A stretch of 64,000 bases of DNA from NCBI GenBank assembly GCA_964350735.1, contig CAYGKO010000002.1, forward strand, positions 26,134-90,133, written 5' to 3'. Position numbers and translations under genes: made by a program. Shown in pieces: positions 21,395-33,229 of the stretch (within the stretch, counting starts at the first letter, position 1; each line of letters opens with the position of its first letter). Below the pieces are notes generated by a model, which saw only the letters and a program-made list of their open reading frames with translations, searched no databases and was not told where the DNA came from. The DNA comes from an uncultured Candidatus Saccharibacteria bacterium (GTDB lineage Bacteria > Patescibacteriota > Minisyncoccia > Phycocordibacterales > UBA918).

Positions 21395-21841
21395 ATGGAA
21401 CAACTTATTGAAGCATTCGGTATTGATGTTAAAGGCATCACCGTTCAGATTATCAACTTTATAATCCTGATGGGATTGTTGAGTTATTTCCTGTACAAAC
21501 CAGTTTTAAAACTGTTGCAAGATCGTGAAGATGCGATCAAGCAAGGTATTGCAGATGCCGAAGCAGCTGCTGCTGCAAAAGCAGAAGCGGATACAGAACG
21601 TAAAGCGGTGGTAGCACAAGCGCACAAAGAAGCAGAAGAGGTCAACACTCGAGCGAAGCAAGCAGCTGGCGAAAAATCTAACGAGATTATTGCCGCGGCT
21701 GAAGACAAGGCAGCCGGTGTTATCCGCAGCGCTGAGCAAAAAGGCACTGACATTCAGGCTCAAGCCCGAAAGGAGAGCGAAGCAGAAATTGCCAAGCTCG
21801 CAGTCCTTGCTACAGAAAAATTGCTTAAAAAAGACGCCTAA
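21395..21841 (+). CDS. atpF: F0F1 ATP synthase subunit b
   Basis: N-terminal TM followed by a long Ala/Glu/Lys-rich coiled coil. Its position follows atpE. Confidence 0.8.
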   Translation: MEQLIEAFGIDVKGITVQIINFIILMGLLSYFLYKPVLKLLQDREDAIKQGIADAEAAAAAKAEADTERKAVVAQAHKEAEEVNTRAKQAAGEKSNEIIAAAEDKAAGVIRSAEQKGTDIQAQARKESEAEIAKLAVLATEKLLKKDA

Positions 21842-21846
21842 ACACT

Positions 21847-22227
21847 ATGAAAGACACCTACATCACTGCAGTATTAGAAATGATCGCTGAAGGCGCAATG
21901 CCTGATGTTGTTCTTGCTGGACTGCAGCAGTCGCTGAAGAAGCACGGTCATGAACGACTGTATGCGTCTGTGCTACGTGGTGTTAGTCGGGTACTTAGTG
22001 CTGGTTCTGCTGATGCAGTTTCTGTTACTGTTGCCCAGTCATCTGATGTTGAAAAACATCAAACAGCCATTAAGGCAACTCTGACTGAACTCGGTGTCAC
22101 AACAGAACCAGTTGTTACTATCGACGAGTCACTTATCGGAGGGTATGTCGCTGAAGCCAATAACCAGCGGGTGGACGCTAGTTACAAATCAAAATTAGTT
22201 TCGGTCTACCGAAACGTCACCAAGTAA
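21847..22227 (+). CDS. atpH: F0F1 ATP synthase subunit delta (short, 126 aa)
   Basis: Sits between atpF and atpA. The C-terminal LIGGYVAEANNQRVDASYKSKL matches the delta C-domain. It is shorter than the usual 175-180 aa. Confidence 0.7.
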   Translation: MKDTYITAVLEMIAEGAMPDVVLAGLQQSLKKHGHERLYASVLRGVSRVLSAGSADAVSVTVAQSSDVEKHQTAIKATLTELGVTTEPVVTIDESLIGGYVAEANNQRVDASYKSKLVSVYRNVTK

Positions 22228-22261
22228 CTTATTCACTACATTTAATAACCAATCATTCACT

Positions 22262-23833
22262 ATGAGCACTGTATTAATCGACAAGATCAAACAAGAGATT
22301 GCAGACATTGACGCTGCCGGAATCACCCAAGAAGTAGGTATTGTCACCACTGTTGGTGATGGTATTGCTGAAATCGACGGACTTAAGACCGCCCAGATGA
22401 TGGAGATGGTTGTCTTCGATGATGGAGCTGGAAAGAGCCTCGAAGAAGTGATCGCGAGCGATGACGCCCTCTATGGCTTGATCTTGAACTTAGAAGAAGA
22501 TGCAGTGAAGGTGGTAGTGCTTGGTGAATCAAATCGGGTAAAAGAAGGTATGCGAGTGATGCGTACTAAAAAACTTCTTTCAGTACCCGTTGGTGACGGA
22601 ATTGTCGGGCGTGTAGTGAACGCTCTGGGCGAACCAATTGATGGCGAAGGTGCTATTGATGCTGACAAAGACATGCCGATCGAGCGAGTTGCTTACGGAG
22701 TAATGGATCGATCCGGAGTGAACGAACCAATTCACACTGGTATCAAGGCGATCGACTCAATGATTCCAATTGGACGAGGTCAACGAGAACTCATCATTGG
22801 TGATCGCCAAACAGGGAAGACAACAGTAGCGGTAGACACCATCATTAACCAAAAATACGAACCGGCAGATAAGCGCCCAATTTGTATCTACGTAGCCGTA
22901 GGTCAAAAACGTTCAAAGACCGTAAGTATTATGGCGAAGCTCCAAGAAGCAGGAGCGATGGAGTACACCACTATCGTGGCTACGTCTGCTTCTGAAGCAT
23001 CACCGATGCTCTTCCTGGCGCCATTTACAGGCGCAGCGATTGGTGAGTACTTTATGGAGCAAGGCAAAGACGTACTCGTGGTGTTTGACGACCTGTCGAA
23101 GCATGCGAACGCCTACCGACAAATGTCACTCCTACTGCGACGCCCACCAGGACGAGAAGCCTATCCAGGAGACATTTTTTACCTACACTCTCGTCTTCTC
23201 GAACGATCAGCCAAGCTTTCACAAGAACTGGGTGGTGGTTCAATCACCGCCTTGCCGATTATTGAAACGCAAGAAGGTGACGTGTCGGCGTACATCCCAA
23301 CCAACGTGATCTCAATTACGGATGGCCAGATCTTCCTCGATACCGATCTCTTCAACAAGGGGATCCGTCCAGCGCTCGACGTTGGTATCTCAGTATCACG
23401 AGTAGGATCGAGCGCTCAGACTAAAGCAATGAAGAAGGTGGCTGGGAAGATTCGTCTCGAGCTCGCGCAGTTCCGAGAACTGGAAGCTTTCATGCAGTTC
23501 GCCTCTGATCTCGATGAGGATACGAAAGCCCGTATCGAATCAGGCCGCAAGTACGTAGAAATGCTTAAGCAACCGCAAAACGCCCCGGTACCGTTCTACA
23601 AACAAGTGGTAGCCATCTACGCTGCTAATAATGGCATCTTCGATGGCGCACGAGTTGAGAACACTAGCAAGATTGAATCGGGCCTTCTGTCATTTGTAGA
23701 GCGAGACCGAAAAGAAATCCTCGACGCGCTTGAGACTGGGCGTGAACTAACTGATGAAGTAGTTGAGAATCTAAACAAGGCGATGGCAGACTTCAAAGAC
23801 GCTAATCAAAACCTCTACGTAGTAGCTGAATAA
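22262..23833 (+). CDS. atpA: F0F1 ATP synthase subunit alpha
   Basis: Walker A GDRQTGKTT and the highly conserved alpha-subunit blocks (ELIIGDRQTGKT, DDLSKHA..YRQMSLLLRRPPGREAYPGD). Confidence 0.95.
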   Translation: MSTVLIDKIKQEIADIDAAGITQEVGIVTTVGDGIAEIDGLKTAQMMEMVVFDDGAGKSLEEVIASDDALYGLILNLEEDAVKVVVLGESNRVKEGMRVMRTKKLLSVPVGDGIVGRVVNALGEPIDGEGAIDADKDMPIERVAYGVMDRSGVNEPIHTGIKAIDSMIPIGRGQRELIIGDRQTGKTTVAVDTIINQKYEPADKRPICIYVAVGQKRSKTVSIMAKLQEAGAMEYTTIVATSASEASPMLFLAPFTGAAIGEYFMEQGKDVLVVFDDLSKHANAYRQMSLLLRRPPGREAYPGDIFYLHSRLLERSAKLSQELGGGSITALPIIETQEGDVSAYIPTNVISITDGQIFLDTDLFNKGIRPALDVGISVSRVGSSAQTKAMKKVAGKIRLELAQFRELEAFMQFASDLDEDTKARIESGRKYVEMLKQPQNAPVPFYKQVVAIYAANNGIFDGARVENTSKIESGLLSFVERDRKEILDALETGRELTDEVVENLNKAMADFKDANQNLYVVAE

Positions 23834-23835
23834 AA

Positions 23836-24174
23836 ATGTTTTTGAAAATATTACAAATTGGATATTTAGTTTTCACTGGACAGCTTTTATTGCTGTTTGC
23901 AATTCGTAGTTTCCCGGCAACTGGTCTTCTTGAAGATTTAGCAGGAATACAAATGATAGTTTGGCTTATTTTCACACCATTTATTCTGATCACATCAGGT
24001 TATCGGCATTATAAAAGAATAAACTCAAGAATTGATAGCTTAGCATTCGTTATCTCAGTATGCTCATTCGTCTACTTATTTTTTATATTTTATTATGCTT
24101 ATAATTCTGGAGGTATAGTGGAAGAGTTTGACTACAGTCAAGAGAATATACCCTCAATACCAACGTCTATCTAA
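23836..24174 (+). CDS. small membrane protein (112 aa, three TM) inserted between atpA and atpG
   Basis: Hydrophobic ORF with visibly lower GC than the flanking atp genes. It starts 3 nt after the atpA stop and ends 3 nt before atpG. Confidence 0.5.
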   Translation: MFLKILQIGYLVFTGQLLLLFAIRSFPATGLLEDLAGIQMIVWLIFTPFILITSGYRHYKRINSRIDSLAFVISVCSFVYLFFIFYYAYNSGGIVEEFDYSQENIPSIPTSI

Positions 24175-24176
24175 AT

Positions 24177-25079
24177 ATGGCCCTCAAACAAATTAAAAAC
24201 AAAATAGTTTCGACCAAAAAGACCGGTAAAGTTACCAAGGCGATGGAGTCGGTGTCTGCGGTTAAGATGCGGAAAAGTCAGCAGCGCGCGTTTGCTGGCC
24301 GCCCGTACATCCATGCAGCACTACGAATTCTGTCGCAGCTAGCAACTTCACCAGATGGTCTCCAGCACCCACTGACGCAAAAGCGGACTGCAGGGAAGCG
24401 TTTGGCAGTGGTGGTTACTAGTGATAAAGGTTTGGCCGGGAGTGTGAACTCTGCGGTGCTTAAAAAAGCCTCTGAAACAATTGCTAAAGAAGGTGACTTG
24501 GAATTGATCTGCGTTGGACGCAAGGCAGTCGAGTTTGCTAGGCGGGAGAAGCAAGTACTGCTTGGTGAGTACACCAATATCTCAGATGAGGTCACGATCG
24601 AAGATGTGTATGAAATTGCTCAAACACTTGTCAATGCTTTTGAAGGCGGTGAGTATAAAGAGGTAGAAATCATCTATCAAAATTTCCTGTCTACGTTTGA
24701 GCAGGAGCCGACTCGTCGAACAGTGTTACCGCTCGACCCAGCGGAAATCCACTACATCATGCGAGGTATCCGTCCTAAGAAGGGAGTTGGTAGCGAGGAT
24801 GTAGAGCCAGCGGTAGAATCAACGGTGTATACCATCGAGCCATCACCAGAGGAGGTGCTGGAGTCACTCGTGCCGCGCTTAGTGCAGATTATGGTCTACC
24901 ACGCACTCTTGGAGAGCAAGGCCTGCGAACACTCTGCTCGAATGGTAGCCATGAAGAACGCCACCGATAAGTCTAAAGAGATGGCCAAGTCATTGACACT
25001 ACTCTTCAACAAACAGCGACAAGCAGCCATTACCGCTGAAGTGAGTGAAATCACCGGTGGTATTGAAGCCATGAAGTAG
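24177..25079 (+). CDS. atpG: F0F1 ATP synthase subunit gamma
   Basis: N-terminal IKNKIVSTKKTGKVTKAMESVSAVKMRK and C-terminal ITAEVSEITGGIEAMK are gamma-subunit hallmarks. Confidence 0.9.
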   Translation: MALKQIKNKIVSTKKTGKVTKAMESVSAVKMRKSQQRAFAGRPYIHAALRILSQLATSPDGLQHPLTQKRTAGKRLAVVVTSDKGLAGSVNSAVLKKASETIAKEGDLELICVGRKAVEFARREKQVLLGEYTNISDEVTIEDVYEIAQTLVNAFEGGEYKEVEIIYQNFLSTFEQEPTRRTVLPLDPAEIHYIMRGIRPKKGVGSEDVEPAVESTVYTIEPSPEEVLESLVPRLVQIMVYHALLESKACEHSARMVAMKNATDKSKEMAKSLTLLFNKQRQAAITAEVSEITGGIEAMK

Positions 25080-25085
25080 TTCTAA

Positions 25086-26563
<1,478 letters not shown>

Positions 26564-26564
<1 letters not shown>

Positions 26565-26776
26565 TGAAAATTGTTGCAATCTTCGTAGTGACTATTGTAG
26601 TTCTTGTAGGATATACAATTTACACAAATCCACAGGAATGCAACCACGGTGAAGGAATGCCTGGTGATCCATACAAAAGTTGTAACTGCTTAGGAGTGTG
26701 GGTTTCTGATGGAAAACCAACACCAGCCATTCCAGGAGCAATATCGGGTGGTCTGTGCTACGGATTAACTAATTAA
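26564..26776 (+). CDS. small Cys-containing membrane-anchored protein (70 aa) inserted between atpD and atpC
   Basis: N-terminal TM (IVAIFVVTIVVLVGYTIY) plus four Cys residues. Overlaps the atpD stop. Confidence 0.4.
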
Positions 26777-26782
26777 CAAATT

Positions 26783-27034
26783 ATGGCAGAACAAAACACA
26801 CTAAAACTCACTGTTTCAAAAGTAGACGCACCAATCTTCGATGGAGAAGCACTTTCAGTGATCGTGCCGGGTGTTGATGGTGAGATGGAAATCTTAGCCA
26901 ATCACACCGCTCTTATTTCTCCCCTTAAAGAGGGTGTTATCACTATCAAGAAAATTGATGGTGAAAAAGAAACCCATGAAATTCATTCGGGAACACTGGA
27001 AATCTCTCACAATCACGCAACTATTTTAATCTAA
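26783..27034 (+). CDS. atpC: F0F1 ATP synthase subunit epsilon (N-terminal beta-sandwich only, 83 aa)
   Basis: LKLTVSKVDAPIFDGEALSVIVPGVDGEMEILANHTALISPLKEG matches the epsilon N-domain. The C-terminal helical hairpin is absent. Confidence 0.8.
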   Translation: MAEQNTLKLTVSKVDAPIFDGEALSVIVPGVDGEMEILANHTALISPLKEGVITIKKIDGEKETHEIHSGTLEISHNHATILI

Positions 27035-27080
27035 AAATTGCACGCCTGTACACAAGCTGTATCCCTAAGGGACGCGGCTT

Positions 27081-27665
27081 TTGGTATTGTGTTCACATAT
27101 GTCATTACGTTCACAATTCTGGAGTTTGCTTAAAGCAGTAAGTTTGTTTTTTATTCTAGTGAGTTTTTGCTCGTTACTTGTGTGGCTAATTGTCAATCCT
27201 CCTTCAGATTACTACCATGATTCAGGTTGGGGAATACGCGGTGAAGTAAACTACCAAACCTATTGCACCAACAGTATGGGAGATATAGGTGTTGCTTTTT
27301 CAAACGCTCGATGTAATGGAAAACTAGAACATATTGAGGGTGGTATTCAGATATTACTGCTTCCGCTGGACTTTGTGCTCTATGGAGCTTACGGAGTTTA
27401 TTTTTATTGGTGGATTATACTACCGATGTACCTACTAGGTATAGTTCAGTTGGCCCATATTATTCATAGAAAAATATATAAATTTAATCTTAGTTGGAAG
27501 CTACATACAACTAGGTACCTAGCTGTCATTGTATTAACTGCAATATCACTTTGTTTACTAGCTCTGTTAGTTAATCAGGTTAGTAATCAGCTCATGCTAC
27601 TCGATGTAAACTCTCATCGGCCATATACAGATATTCCACTACCGCCAACACCGATTGCACAATAA
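27081..27665 (+). CDS. hypothetical polytopic membrane protein (AT-rich)
   Basis: Four hydrophobic helices, no recognised family, low GC. Confidence 0.4.
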   Translation: MVLCSHMSLRSQFWSLLKAVSLFFILVSFCSLLVWLIVNPPSDYYHDSGWGIRGEVNYQTYCTNSMGDIGVAFSNARCNGKLEHIEGGIQILLLPLDFVLYGAYGVYFYWWIILPMYLLGIVQLAHIIHRKIYKFNLSWKLHTTRYLAVIVLTAISLCLLALLVNQVSNQLMLLDVNSHRPYTDIPLPPTPIAQ

Positions 27666-27721
27666 ACATATACACACAGGAGCGGCGCCGCAGGCGCCGC
27701 TCTTTGCTATAGTTCTGGTAT

Positions 27722-28246
27722 ATGGAAATTATATTTACCCTCAGTTCGATCTTGCAGTCAGTTGCGATATCACTTGGTGTTGGTTGCTCAACCCTCGCTA
27801 TCCTTAACTTCTTTAGTGCAATTGCTGATGGTACGATCGACGAGACGGAACGACGAATGATGGGAGTGGTGTATGTTGTACTCCGGGTTGCTATGGTACT
27901 TATTTTAGTCACTACCTTTATTCTAGGGGCTGTTACATATCTGCAAACTGGCTCACTGCAGTTTGCACCGTATGTAGGAGCGCTTTGGACTTTGATAGCA
28001 GTGCTGTATACCAATGCTATTCTAATGACGCTACACGTAGTGCCGAGTACAGTAGGGCCCTCGATACAAGCTTCAAGTTGGTACACACTTGGAGTAGTTA
28101 CGGCATTAGTACCACTCGGTTTGGCTGGCTTTAATTATGGACAGTTCTTCCTCGGTTACCTGGCAGCCTTCTTGCTTGCAACAGCACTAGTAAATGGATT
28201 TATGGCCTATACAAAAAAGAAAAAACGACAAACTGACCAAGGCTAA
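27722..28246 (+). CDS. hypothetical polytopic membrane protein
   Basis: Four or five TM helices, C-terminal KKKKRQTDQG tail. Confidence 0.45.
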   Translation: MEIIFTLSSILQSVAISLGVGCSTLAILNFFSAIADGTIDETERRMMGVVYVVLRVAMVLILVTTFILGAVTYLQTGSLQFAPYVGALWTLIAVLYTNAILMTLHVVPSTVGPSIQASSWYTLGVVTALVPLGLAGFNYGQFFLGYLAAFLLATALVNGFMAYTKKKKRQTDQG

Positions 28247-28264
28247 GCTACGACAAAATAAAAA

Positions 28265-28296
28265 CCTCGAGAGAATTTCTCGGGGTTTTTGTTTTT
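28265..28296. terminator. bidirectional terminator (cctcgaga-N5-tctcgggg + T-runs) between convergent genes
   Basis: Hairpin flanked by A-runs on one side and T-runs on the other. Confidence 0.6.
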
Positions 28297-28297
28297 A

Positions 28298-31200
28298 TTA
28301 CTTAGGTAGTTCGCTTGGTTTTCGGTAGTAGATAATCGGAATCAAAAGCAAGGTAATAATGACTGAGAACACCAGTCCAAACATCACGGCGTAGGCGAGT
28401 GGCGCCCATAAGTCACCAGCGTAGGTAAGAGGGATCATTCCGAATACTGTCGTGACGGTAGTTAGAAGAATTGGCCGCAGTCGGTTACCAGCAGTTTCAA
28501 TCACTACGTCTCGGACTGATTTTTCTGGTTGTGCTTTACGCATGCCGATCATCATATCGATGAGCAGGATTGAGTTATTAACTACAATCCCGGAGAGAGC
28601 AATGAACCCCATAATGGAAGGGAAGGAGAGAGGGTTTTGTGTAATAGCCAGACCAATCATGATACCAATCAGTGAGAAAGGAAGAATTGAGAGTACATAG
28701 GCCATCGCTCGATACGAATTGAATTGCAAAGTTAGAATTGCAATCATAAGACCAACTCCCACAATAAGCGCAAAGAACATTTCAATAAAGGCCTGGTTTG
28801 ATTCGTCAGTCTCTCCACCACCAGTGCTAATCTCGACACCGTCAGGAATATTTAATTCATTTTGTACCCGCGCTAAAATATCAGCTTGGATTTCTCGAGC
28901 ATTTCCAGCTGCAGTGATATCAGCCGTTACCGACACAACTCGCTTTTTATCTTCGTGATTAATGACTGAGCTGGATTCGCGTAATCGCACTGTTACGAGT
29001 TCAGAGAGAGGAATCGAGCCAGATACAGTTGGAAGTGAAATACGAGTTAGATCATCAATAGTGGTGATATTAGTAGTTGACGGGTCGACAGTGTTTGAGT
29101 TATCAATATCCAGTTTTACCACTACATCAATGTCGTCATCAAGTGTCGTCAGTGATGTAGCATCAGCTCCAAATACCGCAGTTCGTGCTATTTGAGATAC
29201 CGTAAACGGATTAAGACCGAACGCAGCTGTCTTCTCGCGGTCGAGTTCTAGAACAAATTCAGTATTGTTATTGTTGGTACTACTTTGTACGTTCGTTGTG
29301 TTCTCAACCGATCGGATTAGTCCCGTAGTTTGATTAGCAAAGTTTGTGATCTCAGTTAAGTCATCACCGAGGAATTTAATCACGATAGCAGCTCCGGTTG
29401 GTGGACCGTCACTCGGTTGGTTGACCGTAACTTTTACATCTCGTATGAAGGCAAGATCTGCTCGTAACTCTTCCACAATTTCAGTACTAGTTTGAGCCCG
29501 GTCTTCTTTGAGAGAAATAAAGAGGTTAGCCAATTTTTCGCCGCTGCCACCAGCACCAAATTGACTACCGCTTCCGATCGTGGCTGTGAAGGATTCAATG
29601 TCGCTTCGAGTGTAGAGAACTTCTTCCACCCGACGAACTGCAATGTCGGTTAATTCTTTAACGGTGCCCTCAGGATTTTCAACTTCAAGAATGATGAAGT
29701 CTACGTTCCCTTGCTCAAAGAAGACTACTTTTACCAAACTATTGGATAAACCAGCTGCTTGCATTACAAAGATTGAGATTGCACCAACTGTAATCACTGA
29801 AATAAGTAGTGTAAAGATTTTAAGCCCTTCGCGATAACGTCGGACATTAATCCGTAGAACGCGCTTCACCACTATGTACACAAATGGTATAGCCAGAAGC
29901 CCAGCCCATACATTTGCTGGTAAAAGCAGTGAAAATACCAATGCAGCAGAAATACCAGCAATGAATTTGTTTTGAGTATCGAGATTATCAAGAATACTTG
30001 TAAGTTTTGTCTGGTACCAATTTTCGAGTTTTCGTGCGTTGGCTACCTGAATTTTTTCAAATCGAGTTTCACTTCGGCGTCGCAAGAAACCAGAAGCGAG
30101 TAGTGGGATGATAGCCAGAGCTACAAACATTGAAGCAAATAGCAGGAAAATCAGCGTGAACGGAATACTGGCAATGAATTGACCAATGACACCACCGACA
30201 ATGAACAGTCCAACAAACATCGAAACAGTCGTAAGCGTTCCAGAAATGAGAGGGGCACTGAATTCACGAATAGTTTCAATCGCGGCAGTTCGTTTATCGA
30301 TGTCAGGATTGTCTTTCATTCGGCGATTAATGCCTTCAACCATCACAATGGCTGAGTCAACTAAAATACCAATCCCCAGAATTAATGAAAAGAGACTTAG
30401 GAAGTTGATCGTGTTGCCTGATAGATACAGTCCAATAAAGCCGAACAAGAACGAGAGGGGAATAGCAGTACCGGCCAGCAAACCTTCGCGCCAGCCCAGG
30501 GCTACAATCAAAAGCAGAACCACCAGCACTACAGTTTGCAAGCCAGAGCTTGAAAGTCGGACCAGGTCTTCATTGATGTCAGCTCCAGCATCAAGCACTG
30601 TCTCGGTCACAATCCCATCGAGCGTATTTCCAGGGTTTTGTAACTCTGCCAATTTATCGTTAATTCCAGCTGTAATGGCAGTGATATCACCCCCAGTTTG
30701 TTTATAGACATCAAACGAGATAGATGAAGCCGAAGGTTGGTTATCGACGCTTAAGCGCGAAATTCGGTTCGCAGGAGCTAGTCCGTTAACCACTGTCGCA
30801 ATATCCCGCACATATACTGGCTGCCCACCGCGGGTAGTGATCGCAATGTTAGCAATTTGACTGGGATCAGTAATATCACCCTCAAAGGCAACATTATAGG
30901 AAACTCCGTTATTCTTGATCTGACCGATTGGAAACGTAATATTTGCATTCCGAACAGCGCTGGTTACTTCAGTTAGCGTTAATCCAAATAGCAGGAGTTG
31001 CGTTTGGTCTACAATAATTGTTACTTCTCGATCTCGAACACCATTGGTTTCAACCCGAGATACACCATTGAGCGATTCAATTTCTGCTTCAACGCTGTCA
31101 GCTAGTGAGGTAAATTCATCAGCCCGTAAGTCAGCTGCTAAGGCAAAAGTGAGGATTGGTTGATCAACAAAGTTTACTTCAGATACGACAGGGTCTTCAG

Positions 31201-31561
31201 CATCATCAGGCAGGTCAGGTTTCAGGGTATCGACTGTATCTTTTAGGTCTTGAATTGATTGGTCTAAATCAGCACTAGCATCAAATTCAACAGTAATAGA
31301 AGATACTCCTTCACGCGAAGTTGAAGTGATGTTTTTTACGTTTTCAATACTCGTCAAACCACGCTCGATTTCGTTGGTAATGAGGGATTCAATGTCTGCA
31401 GCTGGTGCTCCAGGGAGCACAGTTGAGACAATGCCGACTGGCACCACTACCTCCGGCGAAGATTCTTTTGGAATCGCCACCAGACTGTAAGTACCAAGAC
31501 CTATTAAGGCAATCAGAAAAAGATACGCGAACTTACTGTTTTTAATGAAAAATTCCCACAT
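28298..31561 (-). CDS. RND-family efflux transporter permease (AcrB/HAE-like, 12 TM, two large extracytoplasmic loops)
   Basis: 1087 aa. Duplicated 6-TM halves each preceded by a large soluble loop. Conserved AcrB-family TM4 and TM10 regions. Confidence 0.85.
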   Translation of the reverse strand: MWEFFIKNSKFAYLFLIALIGLGTYSLVAIPKESSPEVVVPVGIVSTVLPGAPAADIESLITNEIERGLTSIENVKNITSTSREGVSSITVEFDASADLDQSIQDLKDTVDTLKPDLPDDAEDPVVSEVNFVDQPILTFALAADLRADEFTSLADSVEAEIESLNGVSRVETNGVRDREVTIIVDQTQLLLFGLTLTEVTSAVRNANITFPIGQIKNNGVSYNVAFEGDITDPSQIANIAITTRGGQPVYVRDIATVVNGLAPANRISRLSVDNQPSASSISFDVYKQTGGDITAITAGINDKLAELQNPGNTLDGIVTETVLDAGADINEDLVRLSSSGLQTVVLVVLLLIVALGWREGLLAGTAIPLSFLFGFIGLYLSGNTINFLSLFSLILGIGILVDSAIVMVEGINRRMKDNPDIDKRTAAIETIREFSAPLISGTLTTVSMFVGLFIVGGVIGQFIASIPFTLIFLLFASMFVALAIIPLLASGFLRRRSETRFEKIQVANARKLENWYQTKLTSILDNLDTQNKFIAGISAALVFSLLLPANVWAGLLAIPFVYIVVKRVLRINVRRYREGLKIFTLLISVITVGAISIFVMQAAGLSNSLVKVVFFEQGNVDFIILEVENPEGTVKELTDIAVRRVEEVLYTRSDIESFTATIGSGSQFGAGGSGEKLANLFISLKEDRAQTSTEIVEELRADLAFIRDVKVTVNQPSDGPPTGAAIVIKFLGDDLTEITNFANQTTGLIRSVENTTNVQSSTNNNNTEFVLELDREKTAAFGLNPFTVSQIARTAVFGADATSLTTLDDDIDVVVKLDIDNSNTVDPSTTNITTIDDLTRISLPTVSGSIPLSELVTVRLRESSSVINHEDKKRVVSVTADITAAGNAREIQADILARVQNELNIPDGVEISTGGGETDESNQAFIEMFFALIVGVGLMIAILTLQFNSYRAMAYVLSILPFSLIGIMIGLAITQNPLSFPSIMGFIALSGIVVNNSILLIDMMIGMRKAQPEKSVRDVVIETAGNRLRPILLTTVTTVFGMIPLTYAGDLWAPLAYAVMFGLVFSVIITLLLIPIIYYRKPSELPK

Positions 31562-31562
31562 A

Positions 31563-33101
31563 CTATTGTTGTTTTATAGCTTCAACTTTCTGACCAATCA
31601 CTAATCCACGAGCATCAATAACAATAGTGTCTCCCAGATCTAATCCAGAAGTGATTTCAACGGAGGTGCCGGTGATGCGTCCTAGCTCTACTGGTTTTGA
31701 CTCCAGTACTCCCTCGGTCACAAAGAATACGCTACCAGCGATGTCGGTAAATTTAACAGCAGAAATAGGGATGAGGATAGTGGTGTTGGCTGCTTTTTCA
31801 ATCCCTGAAATTTCAATCCGGACAGTATCTCCATTGTTGAGGGTGTCAGATTCAGTGGCTATAACAACTTCAGTCTTTAAGGTCGTTGGGTTAATCGCGT
31901 TTGCGATCTTGGTTATAAGACCTGGATACTGACCGTCCAGCACTACTGTTTGTCCAATCTTTAGAGCATTTCGATCATTTTCTCCCACAAAAGTGGTGAC
32001 TTCCAAAGCATTATTATTCGCAATTTCAGCCACAATTGTTTGTTGTCCCACAAAATCACCAACTTTGATATCCATACTGTTAACTTCTCCTGCAATGGGT
32101 GCTCGTATGATTGTTTTAGACAGCGCCGCTTCTGCACTTCGAAGTGAGCCAAGCGCCTGTTTTATTTGAGCATCAGCGTTAGAGACTGAGCTGTTGCTCC
32201 CAGCGATTTTAGCCTGAGCGAGCGCTTCTTCCGCACTCCGGACATTTGTTTCTGCAGTTTGCAGAGCTGAAAGAGTTCCGTTCAGGGTTGCACGAGCTGT
32301 AGATAGACGGGATCGGTATGCATCGATACTGCCGCCAGCTACTGTTTTAGTTTTGTTATCTTCATCTAGAGTTGCTGAAATGAGATCGTCAATGATACTC
32401 AGAATAGTGTTTATATTCTGTTCTGATGTAGTTTGAATTGCAGCAAAGTCGTTTGCGGTAGAGAGCGTATTAACAGTCTGCCTCCAGGATGTTAATTCTG
32501 TCTGAAGTGCGACACGTCTGTTATTTAGAGAGATGGTGAATCCAGCACCGTCAATTCGCAAACCAGGGAAGCGACTCGTGGGGTCTGTAAAAACATCATC
32601 AATAATAGTCACTACTACATCATTCCCGGTGGTGTAGGTGTTTCTGTATGTTGTTAGAGCGGTGTTACGAGCTGCCCGAAGGTTCGTTTCTGAACCACTT
32701 ACTCCAACATCACTTTGAGCAGAGGCGGCAAGAGCCGATTCATAAGAACCTTCAGCCTGCAATACAGTTGCACGTTGAGCGGCGTTTTCAAGCTGTACCA
32801 ATATAGAACCAGCTGACACACTATCACCCAGTTTGGCATTGACTGCTACAACACGACCTGAAGCTTCACTTTGCACAGTAGCTTGACTCACTGCCTCAAC
32901 CGTTCCGATTAGACTGAGTGAAGATTCGCTCACAAGAGCACCAACAGAACTAACTTGTACGGTCGGTAACACTTCTTCTGCTTCAGTCAGAACTTCATCA
33001 GTTTGAGTCTTAAAGAAAACTCCTGCGACAATTAAAATAGCCACCGCAATTAACGTGCCTATGACCACCTTCCTCCCATACCATTTAAATAACGTTTGCA
33101 T
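31563..33101 (-). CDS. RND efflux periplasmic adaptor / membrane fusion protein (HlyD-like, extended coiled coil)
   Basis: N-terminal TM, a long alpha-helical hairpin (AQRATVLQAEGSYESALAASAQSDVG...), lipoyl and beta-barrel segments. Translationally coupled to the RND permease. Confidence 0.75.
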   Translation of the reverse strand: MQTLFKWYGRKVVIGTLIAVAILIVAGVFFKTQTDEVLTEAEEVLPTVQVSSVGALVSESSLSLIGTVEAVSQATVQSEASGRVVAVNAKLGDSVSAGSILVQLENAAQRATVLQAEGSYESALAASAQSDVGVSGSETNLRAARNTALTTYRNTYTTGNDVVVTIIDDVFTDPTSRFPGLRIDGAGFTISLNNRRVALQTELTSWRQTVNTLSTANDFAAIQTTSEQNINTILSIIDDLISATLDEDNKTKTVAGGSIDAYRSRLSTARATLNGTLSALQTAETNVRSAEEALAQAKIAGSNSSVSNADAQIKQALGSLRSAEAALSKTIIRAPIAGEVNSMDIKVGDFVGQQTIVAEIANNNALEVTTFVGENDRNALKIGQTVVLDGQYPGLITKIANAINPTTLKTEVVIATESDTLNNGDTVRIEISGIEKAANTTILIPISAVKFTDIAGSVFFVTEGVLESKPVELGRITGTSVEITSGLDLGDTIVIDARGLVIGQKVEAIKQQ

Positions 33102-33229
33102 ACTAAATTTGTTGATTATACTTGATTAAAATACGTATTTTTTACTGTTTTGTCAAGTCTTATCGACTTAAATACACCATATAGGCAGTAAACTTTACGA
33201 CAGCACTAGAACTGTTACAATAACGCTCT

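Noticed and set aside
21484-21763. Overlapping ORFs in both orientations within atpF (21484..21753 minus, 21506..21763 minus, 21690..21890 plus)
   Set aside because: They are products of the Ala/Glu/Lys-rich coiled-coil codon repetition in atpF. No independent evidence supports them.
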